In this document: piece by piece, positions 1-14,450 of the stretch
Position numbering within the stretch: the stretch's first letter is position 1
Layout of the letters: each line of letters opens with the position of its first letter
NCBI GenBank assembly: GCA_977030845.1
Contig: OZ365118.1
Coordinates: 23,498,001 to 23,562,000, forward strand
Direction of reading: 5' to 3'
Length of the DNA: 64,000 nt
Origin: Fimbriosthenelais zetlandica
Lineage: Eukaryota
Notes under the pieces: generated by a model
The model's input: only the letters and a program-made list of their open reading frames with translations
Databases searched by the model: none
What the model was told of the DNA's origin: nothing
Position numbers and translations under genes: made by a program

Positions 1-3000
1 GCTGGCAGATCTTCTGTAGTTGTCTCTGTAGCCGCTGGTGGCGCTCCTGTAGCTCCAGTAGTTTAGCTCTGAATAATAAAGAACATGAGAAACATGAAAA
101 CAAGGTGAGAGGTAGAGGGCAGGTGATGGAGGGCTAAGACAGCTCATATAGAAGTCTCTGATATCTCTGCTACCATTTATATCTATGATCTCTATATATA
201 GTAGTCATGGAGACTGACCTGAGGGCGAGTTTGTTCTGTTTATTGTGCACGTCCTGCTTCCTCCGCACTACGTCCATCCACTTCTCTACTAACGCCTCGT
301 TACTAGACTCCTCTACAATAATCACATTCAATGAATGAATCAATGAATAAATCAATGAATGAATGAATGGATACATAAAGTCTTTATTCTAGACTCCTTC
401 AATAAACACAGCAATAAGATACTGACTACCATGATAGATAATGAACTAACTATCGCCATTAACTCACCTGAGTTTGGGTCTATGACTGACTGGCGGTGAC
501 GGAGGTTCTCTTCCATCTGGACGCCCTGTGTCTCTAGTTCTCGTTCCTCTGTCTCCATCTGTTCATACTCTTGCTGTATCTCATGACCCACCATCAGTCT
601 CATGCTGGTAGCTAGTGTGTAGTACCGTGCCCGGCGCCGTGTTTCCGTGCCGCTCTCACCGCCGGGTGGCGCTGCGGCCGCCGGGGCGTCAGGTGAACTC
701 AGATCCATCTGCTGAGTGTCCTCAGTTAGTTCATCATCAGACCTGTAACGAAACACCAAGACAGCTGTCAACTTCTGTCACAAAACACCAAGACACTGTC
801 AACCTCTGTCACAATACACCAAGCCACTGTCAACTTCTGTCACAAAACACCAAGACACTGTCAACCTCTGTCACAATACACCAAGCCACTGTCAACCTCT
901 GTCACAAAACACCAAGACACTGTCAACCTCTGTCACAATACACAAAGACACTGTCAGCCTCTGTCACAATACACAAAGACACTGTCAACCTCTGTCACAA
1001 TACACAAAGACACTGTCAGCCTCTGTCACAATACACAAAGACACTGTCAACCTCTGTCACAAAACACCAAGACACTGTCAACCTCTGTCACAATACACAA
1101 AGACACTGTCAGCCTCTGTCACAATACACAAAGACACTGTCAACCTCTGTCACAAGACACCAAGACAGCTGTCAACCTCTGTCACAAAACACCAAGACAG
1201 CAGAAAGCCCTGTCACAAAATAGCCTACCAGGACAGAAGACCATAACCTTGCCAGGTTGGCAGAGTTGAAAACTGACACTAAAATTAATATAGGGCTACA
1301 ATGTAGGTGGAACATGGAGGTCACTTACTCGTCTTCCTCGGCGACGGCTGATGCAGTAAAAGCTGAGGCCATGGCGGCCATGCCACCCATAGCCCGACTT
1401 AACATGGAGTGAGGGACGCCCTGCATGGCTGGAGATCCTCCCATCATACCTCCCATAGCCTGACTCACCGTGCATGGAGAACCTCCCATCATCATCTCAG
1501 GTGACACCATCTGAGCCATCTCTATAAGTAGAAATAGCAGTCATTAAAATACCAGCCATTAAACTAGAAAGAATCATTACAATACAAGCAGTCATCAGCA
1601 GATGGCATTAACCATGACCTCCCATATTGCCTCTAGTTACTCAAGTCTTCTTACCTTCCAGCGTCATGGTGTCCACCTCATCTTTCTGCACCTCATCCAT
1701 TGGTTCCCCTGGCATGTCCGGCGCCTCAGCCTGGGCTGCCGCCTCCTCTACCTTCTCCTCTACAGGAGCATGAAGCGGACACAGGAAGTAAACTAGAAAA
1801 TAAAACCAAAAAATAAAATGAGGAATAGAATGAGAAGAGAATAAGTAGAGAATGAGAGGTGAATGGGAGCAGAATAAGAGGAGAATGATAAGAGAATAAG
1901 AAGAGAATGAGAGTAGAATGAAAGCAGAATGAGAAGTTTTAATATAGAGCCAGACATACCTTGGCCATCACTGTCCTGCGCGTCATGGAAGGAATGCATC
2001 CAGAGTTGAGCGTCACAGATCATACAGTGGAAACATGAACGATGGAAGAAGAAGCCGCGAGCATTCTGACGCTGAGAGACGTAGAGACGATGATGACAGA
2101 TACAACACGTATCAGACGTGACGCCAGGCGGCGACACCGGCGGCTTCCCGTCAGGTTTATCCTGAAATAAAGGAGCAGGTATGAGGCATAAATTCACAAT
2201 ACAGGGCCCACCTACTGACTACAGATTACAGTGTAAGATTGAGCGCTGCTCTGACAGTAATAATAATACCGGATTTATATAGCGCCCTTTTCATGTATAA
2301 AAACATGCTCAAAGGCGCTTTACATAGAGTAAATTATAAAACATGTGAAAGTTTATAAAATTATAGAATAAAACACAAATAAAATGCCATAAACATGGCA
2401 AACAGTAAGAGAGAAAATAATTAAGAAAATCAATTCGAGTAAGATTTCTTAAAAAGGTGAGTCTTTAAACGGCTTTTAAAAGTGGCTAGTGTGTCAGTGT
2501 TTCTAAGATCCATAATCTCACTGCTGTCACTTACTGACTACAGAATACAGTGTAAGTTTCAGTAAGAGAAGGTTGTATTCTCACCGGTTCGTTATTCATG
2601 GCCTGCTGCAGGGCCTGTATACGTTTGGCTGCGATACCTTTACACTTGTCTAACGTGGCACTACGTGACAACCTCTCCATACGCTGCCGCGTCCGTGCTA
2701 ACTTCATACGCTGAGTAAATAAAGAGTAAAAATTAAACATAAAACTTCACAAATACAAGCAGGTACACGCCAGTAGATCTACGTGCCATGGGTCTATCAG
2801 AACGTACAAGAATAATACCACTAGACGTAACGTAACCCAGCCTTGTTACGAGCCTTACCTTCTCCGGCACCTGGGGTTGGGAGATCTTCACACGTTTCAC
2901 AGTCCGCTGTGCGAGCCTCGCCAACATGGCGGCTGACGAGAACTTACGAGCAAGCGACGAACGCTTAGGTTTCTTCTCTGCAGGCTCCACAACTGAAAGA

Positions 3001-6000
3001 CAGAACGTTTATAAATCAGAATAGAGACTTGAGAGTCCTACTTAATAATCACTGCCTACATCAGGCACCCACCCCCACCTCCACGCCCCACTCACCAGTA
3101 GCAGGCGTTTCCTTCTCCAGCTCTTGTTGTAGCTGTGTCAGGTAAGACAGTATGGCCAGGCGATCAGAACTCCCGCCACTCGCCAACAGTTCAGCTGACA
3201 ATGTCGCCTCAACACCAAAATGTTCAAAGATCAAATCAAACGCCTGAAAAACAAACAAACACATGTCAACCTGCCATAGCTCTCATGTAACACTGTGATG
3301 TGAGGAGTAAACATTCACTTGTCATTATTATGAGGAGATAGAGTAAATGTTTCTCACTCTTTGAATGTTGTTGACTGCATTATCTGGACTGACATATCGC
3401 ACGTCACTACAAGAACAAAAAGAAAACTCAGTAACAGAAATCTTACTGTAGAAGGCAAACTGAGGTCTGAAATACAAACAAAATACCAACAGAAAGAGGA
3501 CAGAGTAGAGAGTGAGAGCTGTACATACAGGAGTCCTGGACGGTAGAGGTGTAGGAGTGAGAGGAGAGCCAGGCCATTCCTCCACGAGGACGTCAGGTCA
3601 CGTACGTTAATGAGGTTAGATAACGGTTCCAGCCGCTTCTTATACCACTCCAACAGCCGCTTACGGTTCAACGTACCGTCTGTAAGACAAGGAGACGTGA
3701 GAGAAAGTCATAACATAAAACTCATAACATGATCTATTACAGGAGAGAAAGTCATAAAATAAACCTTATAACATGATCTATTGTAGGAGAGAAAGTCATA
3801 ACATAAACCTTATAACATGATCTATTAGAGGAGAGAAACTCATAAAATAAACCTTATGACATGATCTATTAGAGGAGAGAAACTCATAAAATAAACCTTA
3901 TAACATGATCTATTAGAGGAGAGAAGCTCATAAAATAAACCTTATAACATGATCTATTAGAGGAGAGAAACTCATAAAATAAACCTTATAACATGATCTA
4001 TTAGAGGAGAGAAACTCATAAAATAAACCTTATGACATGATCTATTACAGGAGAGAAAGTCATAACATAAACCTTATAACATGATCTATTAGAGGAGAGA
4101 AACTCATAAAATAAACCTTATAACATGATCTATTAGAGGAGAGAAACTCATAAAATAAACCTTATAACATGATCTATTAGAGGAGAGAAACTCATAAAAT
4201 AAACCTTATAACATGATCTATTAGAGGAGAGAAACTCATAAAATAAACCTTATAACATGATCTATTAGAGGAGAGAAGCTCATAAAATAAACCTTATAAC
4301 ATGATCTATTAGAGGAGAGAAACTCATAAAATAAACCTTATAACATGATCTATTAGAGGAGAGAAACTCATAAAATAAACCTTATGACATGATCTATTAG
4401 AGGAGAGAAACTCATAAAATAAACCTTATAACATGATCTATTAGAGGAGAGAAACTCATAAAATAAACCTTATAACATGATCTATTAGAGGAGAGAAACT
4501 CATAAAATAAACCTTATAACATGATCTATTAGAGGAGAGAAACTCATAAAATAAACCTTATAACATGATCTATTACAGGAGAGAAAGTCATAAAATAAAC
4601 CTTATAACATGATCTATTAGAGGAGAGAAACTCATAACATAAACCTTATAACATGATCTATTAGAGGAGAGAAACTCATAACATAAACCTTATAACATGA
4701 TCTATTGTAGGAGACTAGCAGCTGCCGTCTGACTACTCACCGTAAGCTGGGGTACGAGGTTTACGTGGCATGGGTTTAGGTTTAGTCGGGAGAACGGTCG
4801 GCACGCCAAGACCACGATCATACAGATGCTGAACTTGTTCTGAACTCAGCCGCTTGATTCTACCAAACTTAGGGCCATACCTGACATAGTGATAACACAT
4901 GAGAGAGTTAGAGTGATATAGTGATGTAGTAGGCTTATGAGTATTAGAGTGGCATAGTATGATAGTCACAGGATAATGGTGATAATGTGAGGTGTAAGCT
5001 TACCTAGTGCGGGGGTCCAGTGTATACTCTGTCAGTCTCATGTTTAGATTGTCAGGTTTAGTTTGTGACAGTAACTGTAGCACAGCTTCACGTTCAGCAA
5101 TCGCTTCCAGTGGTGAACATTCCCCAGAGAAGAGATTCCTCATCATCCAGGCGGCATCAAAGACGGAGAGGAAACCACGAGCACAGCCTGAACCAGTCGG
5201 CCAGAACGGCTACAACAGACAAACAGCATAGATATACAGAAAAAACACAGCCTGAACCAGTCGGCCAGAACGGCTACAACAGACAAACAGCATAGTTACA
5301 CAGAAAAACCACAGCCTGAACCTGTAGGCCAGAACGGCTACAACAGACAAACAGCATAGTTACACAGAAAATACACAGCCTGAACCAGTCGGCCAGAACG
5401 GCTACAACAGACAAACAGCATAGTTATACAGAAAAAAACACAGCCTGAACCTATAGGCCAGAACGGCTACAACAGACAAACAGCATAGTTACACAGAAAA
5501 AACACAGCCTGAACCTGTAGGCCAGAATGGCTACAACAGACAAACAGCATAGATATATATATATGCAGAGAGCAAATAACAAGAAAGAATACATAAATAT
5601 AGGTAAGATTTATATCAATGTCCACTGCAACGACCAAGAAAGAATACAGAAATGTGAGTGTGTCACCCACGATGGCCTCCACCAGGTGATACAGTGATAC
5701 AGAGTTACAGAGATACAGAGTTAACTCACCTCTATGAGGGTATCACCCACTATAGCCTCCACCAGCTGATACAGAGTTACAGAGTTACAGGAATACAGAG
5801 TTTACTCACCTCTATGAGTGTATCACCCACTATAGCCTCCACCAGCTGCCTCCCCTGACGCTCCTTGATGAGGCACGCATGCTCCGCCTGGTGGAGGTTA
5901 GTAAAATCAAAGATGGCCACGTCTTCTCTGTTCTGATGGTCGCAGGCGAACTGTGGGTCAGCCAGCTGGCCGTCAGTGGACAGGATAGCAGTGTCACGAG

Positions 6001-9000
6001 CGTATGACAGTAACAGGTGACGGTCAATGTTGGTGGGTGACAGCAGCTGCTGCGTGTCGGAAAAATCCTGGTGAGAAAAACAAGAAACTATAGGTCAAAA
6101 GATGAATACAGCTAGCAGTCTCTGTAAGGCTAGAACACCCCACTAACCCTAACCCTAAATCCTGGTGAGACAAACAAGAAACTATAGGTGAAAAGATGAA
6201 TAAAGCTAATGGTGACTTAACGTTAGAACATGGCACCAATAAGCCGCTCCAGGCCAGCATACAGTCTCCACTAACCTGCTTCAGCACGCCCTTCTTCAGC
6301 AGACTTTGCTTCCTGGCAGTCATCACAAAGTAGTGCGTGTCATCTTTGAAGTAAACAAAGTTTTCCAGCTCGATGCCGGCTCTGTCACGGAGGCCGTCAA
6401 AGAATGGTTGATTAAAGACGTAGAACAGTCCACCGATCTCCTCCACGGCGTTATCTGCCGCCGTGTTGTGGTTCACAAAGTTGGCCGTCACGGCGATGGC
6501 CAGCTTACCACGGAACTGCTTCCTGTTAAAATCTGCGAGAGCAAAGGAAAATAGCTATAACTTAGGGAGAAATGAGGCGATAGGGAATACCACGAGAATC
6601 AACAAATAGATTAAGTTACATACCCTAGACTGTATACCCGAGACTGATCAAAATCTACAGCAACATTATTACTTTACATCTACAGCCACTTTAGTCTACT
6701 AGTCTGAATCTCTAACAGGAATGAAGTCATCTCTCACCTATCAATGTGTTACGTTTACCATCAGCTCCTATGAGTACATCAAACTCCAGCTGACTGAGTT
6801 TCTCACTGAGTACCGCCCGACGCTCACCATCCTCCTCCAACACCGAGAAGCGAGCTCTCCACCCAACACCTGATAAATAAACACACATCAACCATCATCA
6901 TACAGGCCTCAGTTACCTCACTAATCTCATGTTAATTAGTAGGTGTACTCTCACTCATCCTATGTCAATTAGTAGGCTTCAATTTGTATTTATACTATTT
7001 TAATTAAAGTATAACAGTATCTTACCCTGATTCTCTGGTTCCATTAAGGCATCAAACTTAACAGGTGAGTAGACCTCCACACCCAGTACGAGCGCCACCT
7101 TGAGTAACATCTGCTGGACTGCCCGGATACCTGACATAATGAGAGAGAAGGTGAGTAGGTGATCAATGAGAGAGAGAAGGTGAGTAGGTGATCAATGAGA
7201 GAGAGAAGGTGAGTAGGTGATCAATGAGAGAGAGAAGGTGAGTAGATGATCAATGAGAGAGAGAAGGTGAGTAGGTGATCAATGAGAGAGAGAAGGTGAG
7301 TAGGTGATCAATGAGAGAGAGAAGGTGAGTAGATGATCAATGAGAGAGAGAAGGTGAGTAGGTGATCAATGAGAGAGAGAAGGTGAGTAGGTGATCAATG
7401 AGAGAGAAGGTGAGTAGGTGATCAATGAGAGAGAGAAGGTGAGTAGGTGATCAATGAGAGAGAGAAGGTGAGTAGATGATCAATGAGAGAGAAGGTGAGT
7501 AGGTGATCAATGAGAGAGAGAAGGTGAGTAGGGGACCAATGATAGAGAGAAGGTGAGTAGATGATCAATGAGAGAGAGAGAGAGAGCTGGGGTGATCAGG
7601 AGCAAGTAATGGGAACTAGTGGGGTGAGTATGTGATCAATGAGAGAGAGAGAGAGCTGGGGTGATCAGGAGCAAGTAATGGGAACTAGTGGGGTGAGTAT
7701 GTGATCAATGAGAGAGAGAGAGAGCTGGGGTGATCAGGAGCAAGTAATGGGAACTAGTGGGGTGAGTAGGTGATCAATGAGAGAGAGAGAGAGCTGGGGT
7801 GATCAGGAGCAAGTAATGGGAACTAGAGGGGTGAGTAGGTGGTCAGGGGGAAACAATGATAGAGCTGGGGTGAGTCGATGTTATAATCCAGCCAGCTGTC
7901 TATTATTGATCTTGACAATTTATAGGAATAATTCAGGCGTTCACGTACTTGCATGTTCCCGTGAGCCGCAGCAGAACTTGTTGTTAAATACCCGCGCACC
8001 GAGAGCTTTAAGATCAGCGATAACGAACGGCCAGAGATGGAGGACATTATTCCTGGTGATGTAGCTTCTCATCTCTACCACAACCGTCCTCATCCCCAGC
8101 AGAGCTGCTTCTATAGCCATCCTCAGCCCGCACGGCCCTGCCCCGACAATCAACACCTATAATAACCAATCAATACATAGATCAATAAACAAACCCAGCA
8201 GAGCTGCCTCTATAGCCATCCTCAGCCCGCACGGCCCTGCCCCGACAATCAACACCTATAATAACCAATCAATACATAGATCAATAACCTGTATGGTACT
8301 GTCCACTGCAACGACCAAGACAGAATACAGAAATATAGGTAAAATGTATATCAATGTCCACTGTAACGACCAAGACAGAATACAGAAATATAGGTTTAAA
8401 TTTCATAAGTGTCCACTGTATCGACCAAATAACAATAAAGTATTTACTCACGGTTTTGCCGGAGCAGGCCTTGCCGTCCTTGTAGGCGCTGCTGGCCACG
8501 CGTTTATCCAGGTTTCTCCACAGAGTCCGGGCCTCACTCAGGTTGATCCGCCCCCGACATGTCGAGTATATACTGCCAGCTTCAGGTGTCAGCTGCATCA
8601 CTCGCCTCAACTCCTCAAACTTTATCAACACATTCTGGAAGTTTGGCTCCCGACAGAACTCCCTGAACACGGTCTCCGGGTTTACCATGCCCACTGTCAT
8701 GTCAACCACGTCAGTCGACAACTTCTTCTTTTTCTCTAAAATAGAATTGTGAGAAATTATATAAATTATATGAGCAGTCCTGTCATCTGACACCACTGAG
8801 ATGTGAAGTTGGGTCTACTCAGACTTATAAAGTTTGGGAGGAAGTGATGAGGAGCCAACACTATCTCCATGCCAACCACTGACCACCGCCAGATGTTACC
8901 ATGGAAATAACCTTTGACCCGAGCAGATCCGGGACAAAGAGACAAACAAAGAAACAGGCACCCAGATACAGAGAGGAGGGATGAGTAGGCCTGTAATAAA

Positions 9001-10403
9001 GGCACCCAGATACAGAGAGGAGGGATGAGTAGGCCTGTAATAAAGGCACCCAGATACAAAGGGATGAGTAGGCCTGTAATGAAGGGGAGAGACTGAGGAA
9101 CGGGATGCAGGGTGGGGGATGGCATACGGAAGGATCAAGAAAAGGGTGGGGGATGGATTCGGTAAGGACCAATCTCGTTGGTAAGGACCAAGTGAAGTTG
9201 TAGTGTAGACATCTGTGTATACATGATAGAGGGTTGTGTGGGAGTATGGTATTGTATTTTTATACAGTCGTGTGTGTGTTGAGGTGTGTGGGTGGGGGTG
9301 GGTGGGTGGGTGGGTATATAGGACATGTGGGTCATTCATGACCTGAGATACATCACACATGTATACATTATTATACAGATCGACACAGAGAAGATATAAA
9401 TTATACAGGAATCACTAACTACCTACACACATACAGAACACATTAGATCCGGCCAGCGCCCTCCACCCCCCCACCCCCCTCCACCACTGACTTCCTTCAC
9501 ATCTATAGACTCTATATCTACTGTAAACATGAAGCCTAGCCTGGCTATAGACTATACAGATCTCTATCTCTACCCAGACCAGTCCTACCCAGACCCAGGT
9601 ACATCCACCTCCCCACCTCACATCACTGACTCACCTCCTGTCTCAGGCTCTGTCTGTCTCTCCTGTCTGTATCCCTGTTTCTGTCTGTATCCCTGTCTCT
9701 CCTGTCTCTCTCTCTCTCTGTCTGTCCACGTCTCTCACCCCCGGCTCTCACACTATTATAACCTGCTGAGTATGAGTCATTTCTACCTCTTCTAGTGGAG
9801 AGTTCCTCTCAAGCCTACCTCATCCTCTCAGTATGTATACATACATGTGTGTGTGGCCTGGAGGGTGTGGGGGGGGGGGGGTGGGAGGGGGTGAGTCTGG
9901 GTAGAGCTGTATGGACCTCTGTGTTTTAGATAATGTCCTCAGTTCATGATTTATCCGTGTGATCTGTAGTTTATATTGTATGATAATGACATATTGAATC
10001 ATGACATGACCTCCTCTCACCCCTCCTCCCCACTATAAGTCCACTATAGACCCAGTATAGGACCGTATATTAACTTTATTACAATCCTCACTAATCACTC
10101 CGGCCCTGAGGCCATCTGTATTAAGATCTGAGACAAAACAGAATGAAGGACCAGCTTATCCTTCTCAAAAATAAATCACAGATCAGCTGGACTGAGATGT
10201 CTCAGGTATAACTTGGTAAGAAATACCTTCAGGAACAATACGACATTAGGTGAAGACAAAGCATGTTGGATCCCCCATAGATCTACCAGCGAGTACAGAA
10301 TGAAGTATACATGATATGATGGTTTATACTCACTACGCGTTGCCAGGCGGTCGCGTAGATACGTGTTGTAGAAGTTCTTCACTGATGATCGTAGCGTCGC
10401 CAT
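1..10403 (-). CDS. MICAL: MICAL family F-actin monooxygenase (FAD monooxygenase + calponin homology + LIM + C-terminal bMERB-like coiled coil); 3' end runs off the window
   Basis: Phase-consistent exon chain (minus): 10334-10403, 8452-8735, 7949-8156, 7026-7130, 6738-6869, 6276-6532, 5810-6067, 5004-5209, 4741-4880, 3529-3679, 3358-3406, 3096-3243, 2859-2992, 2585-2710, 1960-2161, 1655-1792, 1329-1521, 468-742, 219-312, 1-68, all GT-AG. Motifs: [13 protein letters not shown] (GxGxxG), [45 protein letters not shown] domain [27 protein letters not shown]-x2-C...H-x2-C-x2-C-x2-C...CPLH, then coiled coil ([12 protein letters not shown]). The first coding exon (10334-10403) is less certain than the rest. 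Confidence 0.93.
757..1222. repeat. 31-bp tandem minisatellite in a MICAL intron
   Basis: Unit approx gacactgtcaacctctgtcacaatacacaaa; explains the repetitive ORF 615-1223. Confidence 0.9.
2257..2510 (-). mobile_element. 5'-truncated L2/CR1-clade LINE 3' end
   Basis: Minus strand 2510-2430 reads [26 protein letters not shown], a typical L2/CR1 ORF2 C-terminus; followed by tgtaaagcgcctttgag...aaagggcgctatataaat and a (tat)n tail, typical of L2 3' ends. Confidence 0.75.
3705..4710. repeat. 44-bp tandem minisatellite (about 1 kb)
   Basis: Unit aggagagaaactcataaaataaaccttataacatgatctattag. Confidence 0.95.
5182..5550. repeat. About 63-bp tandem repeat containing copies of a MICAL splice acceptor and exon start
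   Basis: cacagcctgaaccagtcggccagaacggctacaacagacaaacagcatag repeated; the first copy is the true exon start (PFWPTGSGC). Confidence 0.9.
7138..7850. repeat. 29-bp then about 62-bp purine-rich minisatellite
   Basis: gagagagaaggtgagtaggtgatcaatga units. Confidence 0.9.
10092..10127 (-). CDS. Candidate 36-nt symmetric (phase 1-1) cassette exon in the MICAL N-terminus ([12 protein letters not shown])
   Basis: ttttgtctcag acceptor and GTGAGG donor; frame preserved with or without inclusion. Confidence 0.35.
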
Positions 10404-10968
10404 GCTGACTCCTGCTTGGTTTCCTTCTCACGATTTTCTGCAAAAATTTATCAGAAGAATAAGTTTTAACTTTCGATGAGATGATGAGGCAATGAGAGAT
10501 GAATAGAGTTAGATGGTACATTAACCATCTGCCATCTTAGAATACTCTAAGCTACCATGTACCAGTATACTGATATAGTCTCCCTCATCCTCCCACTCCA
10601 GCCCTGGGACATCACCTCCCCTTACTGCACTCTTCCCTCTACCTTCCCTTCCCCCATATTACCCATCCCACTCCTCCCCACCTTCCCCCATCACCTGGTC
10701 ACCTGGTCACCTACCTGAAGCTTGGTCAGTCCTCCTGGTAGTCAGCTGGTGGACAGTCCTACACGTCTATACACTCACTCAGTGTCCGTCTATACATGAC
10801 CTACTGACCTACTGACCCAGTATGAGCTGTTAATGAGCTGGAATGAGTTAATCACTCCCCCATCACCGTCTGCTCCACCAGTAGCTGCTGCTCCACCTCT
10901 ACTCATGTCTGTCTGGAGCAGGTCTGGCCTCGTGGAGAGCTGCTCACTGGATCACATGGACTCCTCAG

Positions 10969-11190
10969 TATGGAACGCCATAGGGACATTCTGTATTTGA
11001 AGATATCTTCAAATGATTTAGAGATATCTTCAAATATTTGCAGATATCTTCAAATATTTGAAGATATCTCTAAATCATTTGAAGATATCTTCAAATCATT
11101 TGATTTAAAGATATCTGTAAATGATTTGAAGATATCTTCAAATGATTTAAAGATATCTTCAAATATTTGCAGATATCTTCAAACATTTGT
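10969..11190. mobile_element. Dispersed element built of palindromic atttgaagatatcttcaaat subrepeats (copy 1)
   Basis: Begins tatggaacgccatagggacatt...; a near-identical copy lies at about 17688-17846; the subunit is a perfect 20-bp palindrome. Confidence 0.6.
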
Positions 11191-11732
11191 AGATATTCTG
11201 TTATTAAAAAAAGACCCTGGTGGTCAAATCCGCACTTCCGGTGTCATGGCGGCCAGTTACCATATATCCAATGGAAGACAACCAGGAAGCAGCCTAGGTT
11301 GCGCTAGGCTGCATTTGCAGAAAATGTTACTAAAATCGGGCATAAAATCAGGAGTTTCCGGTTTTACGGGTAATTAGATCAACTGTTCAGGCAGGGAGTG
11401 AGAAGTTTTAATGTAGTTCTCTTATTTTCACTTAACTCAAGTTTAATATGTTCAATATTTATAATTAAAACATTACCATTTGTCTAAATATTCAATTTCA
11501 AACTCGCCTTATTTTTATCTATAAATGATTAATTCATTAGTTTGTCAGTAATTCTTTATTATTTAACAATGTCAACATTCGTTTTCCATAATCTTTGGCG
11601 AGCGTCCTGGCTTAGCTATAAGGGATTTAACAATTATTCCGGAATTCAGTAATCGTATAATTATATCACATACATTATATACATTTCGTACAGCGACGAA
11701 AACCTTCATTGAAGAGAGCTGTTTAAAGTTAA

Positions 11733-11784
<52 letters not shown>

Positions 11785-12615
11785 GATATATCTACATTCA
11801 CTGGTCGTTCTAACAACTAGGCCTAGATTTTACAAATTCGCATTATAGTTTCCACTATAAATTTACAATTATTTTTTTGTAAATATGTTCTATATGGGCT
11901 GGGGTGGGGGCGTGAGGGGTGGGGGGGGGAGGGGTGTCTGATCTAAAAGGCACGCGTTTAGGAAGGGCGTAAGGAGGTAAGCAGATAACATCCAAAATGG
12001 ATACGAGCACCACAAATATTCTGGGACATATTTGCTATTTCTACTATAAAGTTGGAAGTGCTTCCTGATATAGTGGTCACCTGGTCTGTACAGTCAGTCT
12101 AAATGCTCCACACCGTGCGATGGGTTAGTGTTTATTATGAGTTAATGTGTGTGTGTGGGTTAGTGGTTCTGTGTGTGTGTTAGTGGCTGTGGGAGTTAGA
12201 TTCAGAGCACGCAGAATGACTGTCAACATACCGGCTACGTCTACAACAGGAAGTACTACATGGAATGTGGATGAAATTGTCCAATTCGGTGGGTTGTAAA
12301 GCACTGGTAAAATTTTTTAGGGAAAATAAACCTAAGTGGGGTTGGTGATTTGGACCAGATCCGCCCCTGACTAGGTGGTGGTTCTTGATAAGATGGTTAC
12401 ATTCCATATGAAATTTCTAAATTGTTCTGCATACATAGTCGATTTTTAAGGATCTTTTAAAGTTTTGAAATTTCCATCGCCATGTTTTAAAACTGTCCTC
12501 ATAAGGAATGCTAAATGTTAGCGTTTGTCTATAATAAATGCTAAAATATTACTTTGTCGATAGTGTTCGGAAGTTTAAGGCTTTAGATTAATTTGATTTT
12601 TGATATATCATATAC

Positions 12616-14450
12616 GAGTTTAGTTCAGCCGTTGCCGCCAGGAGTACCCATCTCGTGTGTCAATCAGAGGACCACTCTCACACCGCTAGAGGTCACCACA
12701 CGCCCTGAAAACACAATAAAATTACTACACGAACCGAGCTAATTAACACTAGACAGGCAATGAATTACTACACGAACCGAGCTAATTAACACTAGACAGG
12801 CAATGAATTACTAGCAAATAGAGAGAAATGAGTACTAGAGTAATTTACAACTAAAATGTAAACCTACTCTTATACATTTGGAGCATGTACAATGACATGT
12901 ATACATACCTTGGTACCTTGAGTAGTTTCCATCCACAAGAGAAAAACTACAGCAGAACCAATATCACCATGGCAACAACAACCAACACATCCATATGGCA
13001 ACAGCCACCAATACCTGTAAAATCATACATTGATATATATATATATACATACAATTTCTTTTTAATTTCAAGTAACTTGCAAATTCAATTTTCAAAACAT
13101 TTGTATATTATAGCTACCACTTCACCTGGGTCTATTTCATAATAAATTAATAGGTAATAATGGATTATGACGCCCTACCTTGGTTACAGCATCGAACCCC
13201 ACCTTGGTTGAATGTGCCCCTCCCCCGGACCCACTCTACAGGGACTAATAATTAAAGGCGGTCCCGGACAATTTAAGGCGCAGAACGGGGACAATTTAAG
13301 GGGCAGAACGGGGACAATGTAAGGGGTATAACGGGGACAATTTAAGGGGCAGAACGGGGACAATTTAAGGGGCAGAGAAGGGCCACCAAGGAAGAGAAAG
13401 GGGGGGCCACAGAGTAGAGAAGGGGCCACAGAGACGAGAAGTGGGCCACAGAGAAGAGAAGTGGGCCACAGAGAAGAGAAGGGGGCCACAGAGAAGAGAA
13501 GGGGGCCACAGAGAAGAGAAGGGGGCCACTGAAGAGAAGGAGTGTAAAGGAGAAAGACTATAGGATGATAAAGATACAGGAGAAAGAGCATCAGATGCAG
13601 CACAGAAACTGGCGACACAGAAAGGCCACACATCCAACGTTAAACAAGGACAATACAGGACAATACAGAACTGTACAGAACTGTACACAGCATGGTACAC
13701 AGGACAAGACAACGTTACAAAAAACAGAATCATATAAGCACGTCAACAGTACAGTTGATTACTTGTTTTTAGATGAAAATTGTTACTTTAGAAATCATCA
13801 TCGTGTTCTACTTGTAATTGCTGATATTCTAAATTTTGTAAATGTTTAAAGTCTAATACGAAATGTTTCTGATATGTTAGATTTGTAATTCTTTACTTAG
13901 ATTATTTAAAATCAAGCCCATTAAATTTACATGGGATTGTCTTATTTAAAATTAAATAGCTGCAACATAAATGGATTAGTAACATTTTAATACAATATAG
14001 AGCAATAAACAGTTCAATTTATAATTTATACTTAAATTTAAAAATTTAAAATTCAAAATGATAGATGAAATTTGAAACTAGTAATTCATAATTTCATTTT
14101 AATTCTAATCACAGAATCTACAGTATAAACTACAGTATAAACTACAGTTTATGTTTTTATAAATTACTTCATAAAGTCAAAGATTGAAACGAAATGAAAC
14201 TTATTTTGATTAATAAGTCTCAACTTACCCGTGAGGGAAGTAAATTAACACGGGACAGAAATGAGACAAACTCGTGAAATGGGACAAACACGGGACGAGG
14301 AGGGGCGGTATCGATGAAAAACGCGAGGCCACGACATCCTCCCAACACAGAGAGAGGCAGCCTGAGATGGGAAGATGGGCCTGGGATGCTGGGCCTATAG
14401 GACAACGGGCCTATATCGGGCCTATATCGGACCAAATCGGTAAAACGTTA
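12616..14450 (-). other. Putative non-coding 5' exons of MICAL (about 14229-14450, 13179-13235, 12616-12704)
   Basis: Strong GTAAGT donor ending at 14228; ctgtag acceptor and AAG|GTAGGG donor at 13179-13235; tgttttcag acceptor at 12705; CpG-rich promoter-like region near 14400-14700; no long ORF. Confidence 0.3.

Noticed and set aside
615-1223. 202-aa plus-strand ORF with Cys/His/Thr repeats
   Set aside because: Translation of a 31-bp intronic minisatellite, antisense to MICAL
10970-11377. 135-aa ORF (LKISSNDLKISSN...)
   Set aside because: Product of the palindromic subrepeat element; no domain features
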